Origin: an uncultured bacterium | GTDB taxonomy: Bacteria > Fidelibacterota > Marinisomatia > SCGC-AAA003-L08 > D37C17 | Assembly (NCBI GenBank): GCA_965659495.1 | Contig: CBFHVR010000016.1 | Location: 12,387-76,386, forward strand | Length of the DNA stretch: 64,000 nt | Direction of reading: 5' to 3' | Shown here: positions 55,424 through 64,000 of the stretch, piece by piece | Layout of the letters: each line of letters opens with the position of its first letter | Numbering within the stretch: position 1 is the stretch's first letter | The notes under the pieces: generated by a model | The model's database searches: none | What the model saw: the letters and a program-made list of their open reading frames with translations, nothing else | Told to the model about the DNA's origin: nothing | Made by a program: the position numbers and the translations under genes

Positions 55424-57241
55424 TTGAATTTTAAACAGATAGTTAAAAACCTTCCTCCAAATCCAGGTGTCTATTTTTTTAAGGATAAAAAAAATCAGAT
55501 TATCTATATAGGTAAAGCTAAAAATTTAAAGAAACGAGTCTCTTCATATTTTAGTAAGAGTAATACTTCTTCAAAAAATAAGGTAATGATTTCTAAGGCA
55601 GTAGATATTGAAATTATTATAGTTGAATCAGAGGTTGAAGCATTAATAACTGAATCAAATCTCATTAAAATTCATAAACCACACTATAATGTATTTATGA
55701 AAGATGATAAGACATTCCCATATATTGTTATATATAATGAGACTTATCCAAGAGTTGAAACAATAAGGAAAAAGAAGATTGTAAAAGATAGTAATATTTA
55801 TTTTGGCCCTTATACTGATGTTTACTATCTGAAGTCTGTTTTAAAAACATTGCATCATGTTTTTCCTTTAAAAACTTGTATTGAAAATACTTATTCTAAA
55901 AATAAAGCATTTAGACACAATACATGCTTTTGTGGTTTCTGTTTAAGTGAAAATAGTATTAGTCGCACTGAATATAATCATATGATTAATCAAGTTGTCT
56001 CTTTCTTAAAAGGAAAAAATAGTGATGTTAAATCTTATTTAAAAAAAATGATGGAACAGTCAAGTACAAATATGCAATATGAAAAAGCAGCCAAAATTAG
56101 AAATCAAATTTTTGCCTTAGAAGAATTCATAAAAAAACAAAAAAAACTTACGCAAAATTTTGAAAACCAAGATATAATTAATATCTCTTACAAAGATAAT
56201 TATGGAATAGCATTTGTAATGAGGATAAGAAATGGACTGCTTGTAGGTAGAGAATCATTTGATTTAAAAATTAACAATAATTTTAATATTTCTAATGAAT
56301 TGGATAAGTTTATAGTACAATACTATCATTTAACTATGGATATTCCTTCTGAGATTATAGTCCCCTTTGAAATTGAAAATGAACAAAATATTAAAGATTG
56401 GTTATTTGAAAAGTTTAAAAAACGTGTATTAATAATTTATCCTAAAATAGGAAGTAAGAAAAAAATACTTCAGATTTGTATAAAGAATAATGAATTAAAG
56501 TTAAAAGAAATGTTATTTAAAAAAATTAAAAGAAAAGAATATATTCCTAAAATTTTATCTCATTTAAAAGAAGCATTAAATATGCCTGTAGTTCCTAGAA
56601 GGATAGAGGCTTTTGATAATTCAAATATAAATGGAAAAAATCCTGTTGCAGGTTTAGTATGTTTTGTAAATGGGAAGCCAATTAAAAAAGAATATCGACA
56701 TTATAATATTAAAACTGTTGAAGGAATTGATGATTTTGAATCTATGCGAGAAGTTGTTTACCGAAGATATAAAAGACAAATAAGTGAAAAAAATAAATTA
56801 CCTGATTTAATATTAATAGATGGTGGTAAAGGTCAACTATCAGCAGCTAAAAGTTCACTTGATAAGTTGGGCTTAGAATATATTACAGTTATTGGATTAG
56901 CAAAAAAATTAGAAGATGTTTACTTGCCAGGTATGTCTAGTCCTCAGAATATAAGTAAAACATCATCTTCGTTGTATTTACTAAGAAATATAAGAGATGA
57001 AGTTCATAGGTATTCAATTAATTTTCACCGGTTAAAAAGATCAAAAACTTTAATTAATTCAAATCTTAAGGATATTAAAGGTCTAGGAGATAAAAAAATT
57101 AGAATTATATGGAATAATTTTGATAGTTTAAAAAAATTTAAAGATACGAATTTAAAAGAAATAAAAAGTAAAACAGGTTTTTCAGAAACATTAATAATTA
57201 AAATAAAAAAAAGTTTAGATGAAAAAAATAATATTAGTTAG
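55424..57241 (+). CDS. uvrC: Excinuclease ABC subunit C
   Basis: TTG start. GIY-YIG domain (PGVYFF...IIYIGKAKNLKKR), UVR domain (YEKAAKIRNQI), endonuclease V-like domain (IEAFDNSN), and C-terminal HhH. Confidence 0.93.
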   Translation: MNFKQIVKNLPPNPGVYFFKDKKNQIIYIGKAKNLKKRVSSYFSKSNTSSKNKVMISKAVDIEIIIVESEVEALITESNLIKIHKPHYNVFMKDDKTFPYIVIYNETYPRVETIRKKKIVKDSNIYFGPYTDVYYLKSVLKTLHHVFPLKTCIENTYSKNKAFRHNTCFCGFCLSENSISRTEYNHMINQVVSFLKGKNSDVKSYLKKMMEQSSTNMQYEKAAKIRNQIFALEEFIKKQKKLTQNFENQDIINISYKDNYGIAFVMRIRNGLLVGRESFDLKINNNFNISNELDKFIVQYYHLTMDIPSEIIVPFEIENEQNIKDWLFEKFKKRVLIIYPKIGSKKKILQICIKNNELKLKEMLFKKIKRKEYIPKILSHLKEALNMPVVPRRIEAFDNSNINGKNPVAGLVCFVNGKPIKKEYRHYNIKTVEGIDDFESMREVVYRRYKRQISEKNKLPDLILIDGGKGQLSAAKSSLDKLGLEYITVIGLAKKLEDVYLPGMSSPQNISKTSSSLYLLRNIRDEVHRYSINFHRLKRSKTLINSNLKDIKGLGDKKIRIIWNNFDSLKKFKDTNLKEIKSKTGFSETLIIKIKKSLDEKNNIS

Positions 57242-57707
57242 GCATGCTCAATCTCCTATTGAATATGCAAATATAATAGATTTTGATAGACCTTTAAATA
57301 ATAAGGGGGTATTAGAGGCAGAGCTTATGTCCAATAAAATTAAAAAATTTATATCCAAAGTAGATGTTATTATATCCAGTGGTGCCAATAGAGCATTAAG
57401 TACTTCAGGAATTATTGCAGCTAATATTAATTTTAATAGTGATGATATAATAATAGATGATAATATTTATAATTCTTCAATAGATTATATGTTAAGCTTA
57501 ATCTACTCCATTCCAAATAAACATGAAATAGTAATGCTTTTTGGACATAATCCAACATTCCATAGATTGTCACAATTATTGATTAAAGAGAGAATTCATA
57601 TTTTTCCTACTTGTGCAATGTTTGGTATAAAATTTAATGTAAATAGTTGGACAGATATTGATAAAGGAATAAAAGATTTTATGATTTATCCAGATTCATT
57701 AAAATAA
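57219..57707 (+). CDS. Histidine phosphatase family protein (SixA-like)
   Basis: ILVRHAQS (RHG-type motif) and a later GHNP. 162 aa. Confidence 0.7.
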   Translation: MKKIILVRHAQSPIEYANIIDFDRPLNNKGVLEAELMSNKIKKFISKVDVIISSGANRALSTSGIIAANINFNSDDIIIDDNIYNSSIDYMLSLIYSIPNKHEIVMLFGHNPTFHRLSQLLIKERIHIFPTCAMFGIKFNVNSWTDIDKGIKDFMIYPDSLK

Positions 57708-57756
57708 TAATATAAATCTATATTTTGATATACAAATTGATTCATAAATTACCTTT

Positions 57757-58302
57757 ATGAAAATAACATATATTTTAGCCTTAATATTAGTGTTTTCTTG
57801 CAGTGAAGATAGGTATGTAAAACATTATATAATACCAAAATTAGTTATAGTTGATGAAATAAAAAATGAATTATCAACAAACAATGATATGAAAGCATTC
57901 AGTTGGGATGTTCCTGAAAATTGGATGACAGGTAAAAAATCTTCTATGAGATTGGCAAGTTATAGTATACCTTATGATGAAACAATGGCTGATGTATCTA
58001 TTACAAATTTCTCAGGTGATGGAGGAGGTATAGAGCAAAATATTAATAGATGGAGAAAACAATTAAACTTACAATCTTTATCAATTGAAGATATTGAAAA
58101 TTTAATAATAAATAAAAGCTCTAAGTTAGGTAGTTATAAATTTATCAGAATAATTAATAGTGATAATAAAAATTCTGCTTTTTTATGTTCTATAATGCAA
58201 GTAGAAAATAGTACCATATTTATTAAATTAAATGCATCTTTTACTGGAGTTCAAAAATTAGAGCCTCAATTTCTAGATTTTTGTTCATCATTTAAATATT
58301 GA
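57757..58302 (+). CDS. Hypothetical lipoprotein
   Basis: Lipobox LVFSC. Conserved-looking SGDGGGIEQNINRWRKQLNL segment. Function unknown. Confidence 0.5.
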   Translation: MKITYILALILVFSCSEDRYVKHYIIPKLVIVDEIKNELSTNNDMKAFSWDVPENWMTGKKSSMRLASYSIPYDETMADVSITNFSGDGGGIEQNINRWRKQLNLQSLSIEDIENLIINKSSKLGSYKFIRIINSDNKNSAFLCSIMQVENSTIFIKLNASFTGVQKLEPQFLDFCSSFKY

Positions 58303-59405
58303 AAAATATAAAAAAATATATTACAATTATTGGTTCTCCTAAAATTTTTTCTTTTACAGTAATCTGGTTAATTGTTTTGGTTTTTGTAGGAACAATTGTT
58401 CAAAAAGATATAGGCTTATACGCTGCTCAAATGGATTATTTTTCTAGTTGGTTTAAGTGGATAGGGTTTATTCCCTTGCCAAGTGGAAAAATAACAATGT
58501 TAATAATGTTTATAAATTTATCTTGTTACTTTTTCAGATCTAATATTTTTTCTAAAAATAAACTTGGAATTACTATCACTCATTCAGGCGTTATTTTGAT
58601 GCTTTTAGGTGGTGGGTTAACCGCTTATTTTAGTACAGAGGGAAGTGTGGTAATAGATGAAGGTAATAAATCAAATTTTTATGAAAATTATTATAATAAA
58701 GAATTTACAGTAGTTGATACTTCTAGTCCAGATTTCGATAGATTTATAGTATTTGATGATCCCTTACTAAAAGTTAATAATATTTTATCTGATAATTCTA
58801 TTCCATTTGAAATTGAAATTCTTGATTATTATATAAATTGTAAGCCTGTCTCAAGAATATATGAAGGTGGTAGTGAATTTAAAGGAATGGCTAAAAATTT
58901 TTTTCTACAAGAACTTCCAAACGAGAAAGAATATGAAAAAAATATTTCAGGTATCATTTATAAAATTTTGAAATCAGATTCTTCTGATGGTATTTATATT
59001 AATTATATTGGACAACCAATAACCCAAACAATAAGTAATAACACAAAAGATTATATGTTGTTTTTAAGGAGGCAAAGAGCATATTTACCCTTTGAATTAG
59101 AACTGATTGATTTTGAGAAAACAATGCATCCAGGAACAGATATAGCTAAAAGCTTTTCATCTTTAGTTAATTTAATTGAAGATAATGTTCCTCGAAAAGT
59201 TTTGATTTCTATGAATGAACCCCTCCGTCATAGAGGCTATACTTTTTATCAAGCTTCTTTCATTGAGGAAGGTCTTAAGCAAACAACTGTACTTGCAACA
59301 GTTAAAAATCATGGTCGATTATTTCCATATATATCTACTATAATCATGTGTATAGGTATTTTGTATCATATGTTTTTTATGTTTGTGAGGAAAAAGAAGG
59401 TATGA
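58299..59405 (+). CDS. ccsB: Cytochrome c biogenesis protein, ResB/Ccs1-like (system II)
   Basis: TTG start. N-terminal TM helices, a large soluble loop, and C-terminal MNEPLRHRGYTFYQASF followed by a final TM helix. Confidence 0.78.
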   Translation: MKNIKKYITIIGSPKIFSFTVIWLIVLVFVGTIVQKDIGLYAAQMDYFSSWFKWIGFIPLPSGKITMLIMFINLSCYFFRSNIFSKNKLGITITHSGVILMLLGGGLTAYFSTEGSVVIDEGNKSNFYENYYNKEFTVVDTSSPDFDRFIVFDDPLLKVNNILSDNSIPFEIEILDYYINCKPVSRIYEGGSEFKGMAKNFFLQELPNEKEYEKNISGIIYKILKSDSSDGIYINYIGQPITQTISNNTKDYMLFLRRQRAYLPFELELIDFEKTMHPGTDIAKSFSSLVNLIEDNVPRKVLISMNEPLRHRGYTFYQASFIEEGLKQTTVLATVKNHGRLFPYISTIIMCIGILYHMFFMFVRKKKV

Positions 59406-61234
59406 TAAAAAAATTATATAGTATTGTTGTATTTCTTTTATTTTCTTTTTCATTCAACTCTGAATTTACGTATAAAGATTTACCTGTATTACAGTCAGGA
59501 AGAATTAAGCCACTAGATACATTTGCAAGAAATCATCTTTTACAGTTTTATGGTAAGAAATCAATTAAAACATCTGATAAAAATAATAAAATTAAAGCTA
59601 TAGATTGGATATATGAATCTTTTATAAATACTGATTTAGAAATAGACAGGCAGATTTTTAATATAAGAAATCCTGAGGTTTCTTTTGGATTGTATCTTGA
59701 TAAAAATGATGAACATAGATATAGCTTTAATGAAATCCTAAATGGATTTAGAAATAATCAAGATTTAATTGATGTTTTAAAAATTAAAGATGTAGAAAAT
59801 CAAAGTTTAGTCGATAAGCAAATAATTGAAATTTATAATAATATCGTATCATATGATCAATTGATGCATAGTTTCTACTGCTTTTTACCTCTAATTGATT
59901 TATCAAATGAAATCAATATAAAATTCATGGGTTTAGATTCAAATAATTCTGTTAGTTATTCATATTTTATGAGGAATATAGATAAATTTAGATTTTTATT
60001 ACAAGATTTGCTAAGTACCAATGAAAACAATTGGAACGAATCACATAAGGAACTAAGTAAAATTGCTATCCAATTAGAAAAGATGACCCAATTTCAATAT
60101 GCCCAATCCATTAAAATTATTCCTGACAAAGAAGGTAATTGGTTATCTGCATGGGAAATGATGGATGGAAGAGAATTAACACCTTTCCAAAATGAAATCC
60201 TAGAATTATATGAAAAATTGATTCATTCTTATATAAATAAAGATATTGAGTTAGCAAATGAGCATGCAACTCAAATAATAAATAAAATAGGTGAAGACAA
60301 AGGAATAAAGACATCATTGCTTTCCCTTGAAACATTCTATAATAATATTAATATTTTTTTATATAGCATAATTTTCTACATAATGGCATTTTTCTTGATA
60401 GGTTTTAGCTGGATGATTAATAATAAATATATTAGATTGTTTTCATTTCTATCAATGATTATTGGATTCTTTTTACATGGATATGGTTTGATTTTAAGAA
60501 TGATAATTATGCAAAGACCACCAGTGAGTACATTATATGAATCTATAATATTTGTTGGTTTGATTTTAGTTTTATTTGCCTTGTTATTTGAATATTTTAG
60601 GAAGGATACTGTCGGCATATTAATAGCATCAGTTGGAGGTTCATTTTTACATTTTATTGGTTTTAAATATGCAGCAGATGGTGATACTCTAGGTGTACTT
60701 GTTGCTGTTTTGAATTCAAACTTTTGGTTGTCCACACATGTTACAACAATTACAACAGGCTATGGCGTCGCGTTAGTTGCAGGATTAATGGCTCATATTT
60801 ACCTGATTGTTAATTTTATAAAACCAAAGAGTAAAAAACTATTAAATAAAATTTTTAGTAACGCTTACGGATTAACTCTGATGGGTTTATTTTTTACAAT
60901 GTTCGGCACGATTCTAGGAGGTATTTGGGCCGACCAATCTTGGGGTAGGTTCTGGGGATGGGATCCTAAAGAAAATGGTGCTCTGTTAATAGTCCTATGG
61001 CTGCTTATGATGCTCCATTTGAAAGTATCTGGTCTTGTTGGTAAACTGGGCTATGCATATGGATTATCTCTTGTAAATATTATAGTTGCATTAGCATGGT
61101 TTGGTGTTAATCTTTTAAATGTTGGATTGCATAGTTATGGATTTACAGATAATGTTGCTATGAATTTATTGGTTTTTATAATAATTGAATTATTGTTTAC
61201 ATCAACATTTTTTTACCTATCTAAAAGAAAATAA
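59402..61234 (+). CDS. ccsA: Cytochrome c biogenesis protein CcsA/ResC with long N-terminal extension (system II heme handling)
   Basis: W-rich heme-handling motif WADQSWGRFWGWDPKENGAL. Start chosen at ATG 59402 (ATGA overlap with the ccsB stop); the tracked start at 59348 lies inside ccsB. Confidence 0.87.
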   Translation: MIKKLYSIVVFLLFSFSFNSEFTYKDLPVLQSGRIKPLDTFARNHLLQFYGKKSIKTSDKNNKIKAIDWIYESFINTDLEIDRQIFNIRNPEVSFGLYLDKNDEHRYSFNEILNGFRNNQDLIDVLKIKDVENQSLVDKQIIEIYNNIVSYDQLMHSFYCFLPLIDLSNEINIKFMGLDSNNSVSYSYFMRNIDKFRFLLQDLLSTNENNWNESHKELSKIAIQLEKMTQFQYAQSIKIIPDKEGNWLSAWEMMDGRELTPFQNEILELYEKLIHSYINKDIELANEHATQIINKIGEDKGIKTSLLSLETFYNNINIFLYSIIFYIMAFFLIGFSWMINNKYIRLFSFLSMIIGFFLHGYGLILRMIIMQRPPVSTLYESIIFVGLILVLFALLFEYFRKDTVGILIASVGGSFLHFIGFKYAADGDTLGVLVAVLNSNFWLSTHVTTITTGYGVALVAGLMAHIYLIVNFIKPKSKKLLNKIFSNAYGLTLMGLFFTMFGTILGGIWADQSWGRFWGWDPKENGALLIVLWLLMMLHLKVSGLVGKLGYAYGLSLVNIIVALAWFGVNLLNVGLHSYGFTDNVAMNLLVFIIIELLFTSTFFYLSKRK

Positions 61235-61237
61235 ATA

Positions 61238-62092
61238 ATGTCTAAAAATAAAAGTCTATCCATTGTTTTATTTGCATATTCTTTGTGTTTTATTACATTT
61301 ATTTTTGTTTTAAAAAAAATTAATTATGGTATTTTTTATGATATATTAATCGTTGATGTAATTGCAACAGTAATTATTTATTTCTTTAGTTTTTATTTTA
61401 AAAATTCCTCAATCTATGATCCATACTGGAGCGTTATTCCACCCATTATTTTATTTTATTTTATCTACATTGTAAATGAAATTAATTTCCAAGCTTATTT
61501 ATTACTATTTAGCGTATTTTTTTGGGGTTTAAGATTAACTTTTAATTGGATGAGGAGTTGGCCTGGAATGCATCATGAAGATTGGAGGTATATTGATATG
61601 AGAAAATCTTCAGGAAAGTACTTTCAGTTTTCTAATTTTTTTGGTATCCATCTTTTTCCAACATTAATAGTTTTTGCATGTTGTATACCCATGTACGATG
61701 CTTTAAATAAACAAATTGATGTTTTTACATATTTTGGTTTTTCGCTTTGTTTTATTGGAGTTCTTTATGAAATAATTAGTGACCAACAATTGTATAATTT
61801 TAAAAAAAACAATACTGGTATTATTAATTCAGGTTTATGGAAATATTCAAGACACCCGAACTATTATGGTGAAATACTTTTTTGGTGGGGTATTTATTTT
61901 TATGGAGTTTCTAGTGGAACTGTTTTCAATTGGATTTTTGCACCAATTGCAATGACAATTATGTTTCTTTATGTTAGTATCCCATGGATAGAAAATAAAA
62001 TTATTAAAACAAGACCTAAGTATCTTGAATATAAAAATAAAGTTAGTGTATTATCTCCTGAATTTGCTTACATCAGAAGTTTATTTAAATAG
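61238..62092 (+). CDS. DUF1295 / steroid 5-alpha-reductase-like membrane protein
   Basis: GLWKYSRHPNYYGEILFWWG motif. Polytopic. Confidence 0.72.
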   Translation: MSKNKSLSIVLFAYSLCFITFIFVLKKINYGIFYDILIVDVIATVIIYFFSFYFKNSSIYDPYWSVIPPIILFYFIYIVNEINFQAYLLLFSVFFWGLRLTFNWMRSWPGMHHEDWRYIDMRKSSGKYFQFSNFFGIHLFPTLIVFACCIPMYDALNKQIDVFTYFGFSLCFIGVLYEIISDQQLYNFKKNNTGIINSGLWKYSRHPNYYGEILFWWGIYFYGVSSGTVFNWIFAPIAMTIMFLYVSIPWIENKIIKTRPKYLEYKNKVSVLSPEFAYIRSLFK

Positions 62093-62302
62093 TTTGTAAA
62101 AAAAATTAAATAAAAATGATAGTACTAAGCTTACAATAATCATACTACCAAATGGAGCAAAAATCCTCGTTTTTCTACTTTCATATTTAAAATCAAAGGG
62201 AAGATTCCCAAACCAGCCCAATTTATTTTCAAAAAAGTAAATTATTAATCCTGATGTTAATAACAGCATTCCTGTAAAAATTAATAATTTAGACATGCTC
62301 AT
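62081..62302 (-). CDS. Small membrane protein (DUF2905-like)
   Basis: 73 aa with two TM helices and a central GNLPFDF segment. Confidence 0.5.
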   Translation of the reverse strand: MSMSKLLIFTGMLLLTSGLIIYFFENKLGWFGNLPFDFKYESRKTRIFAPFGSMIIVSLVLSFLFNFFYKLFK

Positions 62303-62308
62303 AAAAAT

Positions 62309-62830
62309 TTATTTATTATAATTTTTACTAAAAAATTTATCAAGTTTAGGTTTAATAACAACTGTGCAATAAGGTTGAGATGAATTATTATAATAATAAT
62401 CTTGATGATAGTTTTCAGCTTTATAGAAAGTATCTAATTTTGTGATTTCTGTTACGATAGTGTTTTTGAATTCATTGCTTTCATTTAAAGTTTTTTTATA
62501 ATAATCAGCAGATATCCTTTGTTCCTCAGTATTAAAAAAAATAGCAGATCTATATTGAGTTCCAATATCAGCATCTTGTCTATTTAATGTTGTTGGATCA
62601 TGGTTTTCAAAAAAAACTTGTAATAGCTTTTCATAGGATATGATTTCAGGATTATAAATTATTTTGCAAACCTCAGCATGTCCTGTTTTGCCAGTGCAGA
62701 TATCTTTATATGTTGGATTTTTTGTATTTCCACCAGTATATCCCGATATAACATCTGATACGCCATTTAATTGAGAGAAAATTGCTTCTACACACCAAAA
62801 ACATCCTGCTCCAAATATTGCATAATTCAT
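62309..62830 (-). CDS. msrA: Peptide-methionine (S)-S-oxide reductase MsrA
   Basis: FGAGCFWCVEAIF active site, GHAEV, HDPTTLNRQ, YHQDYY. Confidence 0.93.
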   Translation of the reverse strand: MNYAIFGAGCFWCVEAIFSQLNGVSDVISGYTGGNTKNPTYKDICTGKTGHAEVCKIIYNPEIISYEKLLQVFFENHDPTTLNRQDADIGTQYRSAIFFNTEEQRISADYYKKTLNESNEFKNTIVTEITKLDTFYKAENYHQDYYYNNSSQPYCTVVIKPKLDKFFSKNYNK

Positions 62831-62884
62831 AATATTCCTTATTATTTTTTGTTTTTATTTCTAAATTCATTCATGATTAATTTA

Positions 62885-63394
62885 ATGAAAATATTATTTT
62901 CTTTTATATTTATTGTTTCCTGCAGTAATGACGACCCAGTATCTGTAAATCAGGATTGCAACTATGATGTTAATTGTTGTTTATGTTTTGAATTTACAAA
63001 ACTAAATAATGCTGATTCTCAAGAATCGAATAATCAAGATTGTGTTTTTGATAATATATGCTTGACAAGAGGTAATAATGGAGCGTTGTATAATGCTTTT
63101 TATTATACTAGTTATAATGAAATGTTAAATGCTTACGAAAATGGTGATAATCCACTAATTAAATGGTCAGAAGGTACAGTTGAGCAGGCTCAAAATGGTG
63201 AGCTTGTTTTCTATAATGGTTTAACCAATGAAGCTGGAAATTTTGGTCAATTAGTTCAATTACCTGATAGAAATATTGTTGCGTATTTAGTTGAACATGA
63301 AATTTATTTGAATTTTGATTTTTTAAGCTGGTCCTCAGGACAGCAAGGAGGAGGATTTTCTTATCTTAGAGATATTCCTAACATTGCACAGTAA
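62885..63394 (+). CDS. Hypothetical Cys-rich lipoprotein
   Basis: MKILFSFIFIVSCSND lipobox. The start is moved to ATG 62885 because the tracked 62771 start overlaps msrA on the opposite strand. Confidence 0.5.
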   Translation: MKILFSFIFIVSCSNDDPVSVNQDCNYDVNCCLCFEFTKLNNADSQESNNQDCVFDNICLTRGNNGALYNAFYYTSYNEMLNAYENGDNPLIKWSEGTVEQAQNGELVFYNGLTNEAGNFGQLVQLPDRNIVAYLVEHEIYLNFDFLSWSSGQQGGGFSYLRDIPNIAQ

Positions 63395-63452
63395 AAATAA
63401 ATAAAATACTTAGATAAAAGAAATATTGTCATTATTTTAACAGAAGTGAAAA

Positions 63453-64000
63453 ATGAAAATAATAGACAATATGGCAGACTTTAAAATAACTTCTAAATAT
63501 AAGCCATTAGGAGATCAGCCAAAGGCAATTAAATCTCTAGTACATGGTCTTAATAATAATGAACGAGATCAATCCTTGCTTGGAATTACAGGTTCTGGCA
63601 AGACTTTCACAATTGCAAATGTAATTCAACAAGTTCAAAAACCAACTTTAATTTTATCTCATAACAAAACTTTAGCAGCTCAATTGTATGGTGAATTTAA
63701 ATCTCTTTTTCCCAATAATGCTGTTGAATATTTCATTTCTTACTATGATTATTATCAACCTGAGGCATATATGCCTGTCACTGATACATATATTGAAAAA
63801 GATTCTTCGATAAATGAAGAAATTGATAAATTAAGAATTAAATCATCAACCTCGCTTGTATCTAGGAAAGATGTTATTGTTATAGCAAGTGTAAGTTGTA
63901 TTTATGGTGTAGGATCACCAAAAGAATATTCAGATTTATTAATTCCGATTAATAAAAATCAAATTATTGTTCCCAAAGAATTATTTAAATCATTAGTTGA
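63453..64000 (+). CDS. uvrB: Excinuclease ABC subunit B (3' partial, runs off the window)
   Basis: Not in the ORF track because there is no stop in the window. My own translation from ATG 63453 reads [30 protein letters not shown]...[10 protein letters not shown]...[37 protein letters not shown]. These are canonical UvrB motifs. Confidence 0.95.
   Translation, partial: MKIIDNMADFKITSKYKPLGDQPKAIKSLVHGLNNNERDQSLLGITGSGKTFTIANVIQQVQKPTLILSHNKTLAAQLYGEFKSLFPNNAVEYFISYYDYYQPEAYMPVTDTYIEKDSSINEEIDKLRIKSSTSLVSRKDVIVIASVSCIYGVGSPKEYSDLLIPINKNQIIVPKELFKSLV

Noticed and set aside
59348-59401. Tracked start of ccsA, 57 nt inside ccsB
   Set aside because: ATG 59402 forms an ATGA overlap with the ccsB stop and is followed directly by a signal/TM segment (MIKKLYSIVVFLLFSF).
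62771-62884. Upstream extension of the lipoprotein ORF (tracked start 62771)
   Set aside because: It overlaps the msrA N-terminal coding region on the opposite strand and encodes no signal peptide. ATG 62885 gives a clean lipoprotein signal (MKILFSFIFIVSC).
1-64000. Search for CRISPR arrays, transposases, integrases, toxin-antitoxin pairs, restriction-modification or other known defence modules
   Set aside because: No spaced direct-repeat arrays, no inverted-repeat-bounded elements and no diagnostic motifs of these families were seen. Every gap larger than 60 nt is accounted for by tRNAs, the SRP RNA, promoters or terminators.

Overview
This window is strongly AT-rich and very gene-dense, with many ATGA or 4-14 nt start/stop overlaps and almost no intergenic DNA. 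It looks like a streamlined bacterial chromosome. A T9SS-type C-terminal sorting domain and two TAnnTTTG-like promoter elements suggest a marine FCB-superphylum lineage such as Marinimicrobia, but this taxonomy is inference only.

All product calls come from reading motifs in the supplied translations by eye, not from database searches.

Most of the window is housekeeping:
- Replication and repair: a long-form SRP RNA followed by dnaX-ybaB-recR; pgsA-pgpA-cinA-lexA-recA; nth, dinG, uvrC and uvrB.
- Central metabolism and translation: tkt, alaS, gcvPB, ridA, purF, guaB, rpsT.
- Other: meaB, tatC, a polyprenyl synthase, ftsY, rimO, methylmalonyl-CoA epimerase, system II cytochrome c biogenesis (ccsB/ccsA), msrA.
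- RNA genes: tRNA-Arg(ACG) and tRNA-Ser(GGA).

I saw no CRISPR array, transposase, integrase or prophage.

Two stretches stand out:
1. At the 5' edge, a thioredoxin-fold gene reads through an in-frame TGA that sits exactly at the first Cys of its WCxxC redox motif. A GC-rich hairpin follows 16 nt later. This makes it a candidate selenoprotein (UxxC), and its C-terminus carries a dockerin-like module.
2. At 20.7-30.4 kb there is a cluster of three very large secreted proteins: a C10 streptopain-like peptidase fused to FG-GAP repeats, an FG-GAP/VCBS repeat protein, and a 1380-aa C25 gingipain-like peptidase. All three carry the same dockerin-like double repeat. The C25 protein additionally has an uncharacterised module plus a T9SS sorting domain. 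This suggests a surface-anchored, dockerin-mediated proteolytic/redox assembly, although no recognisable cohesin scaffold is visible in the window.

Secondary observations:
- A9 slippery runs in dnaX at the expected gamma/tau boundary, one followed immediately by an out-of-frame TAG.
- A tandem TTAC..GTAA operator-like repeat in the lexA promoter.
- A histidine-ammonia-lyase homolog with Ala-Cys-Gly in place of the MIO-forming Ala-Ser-Gly.
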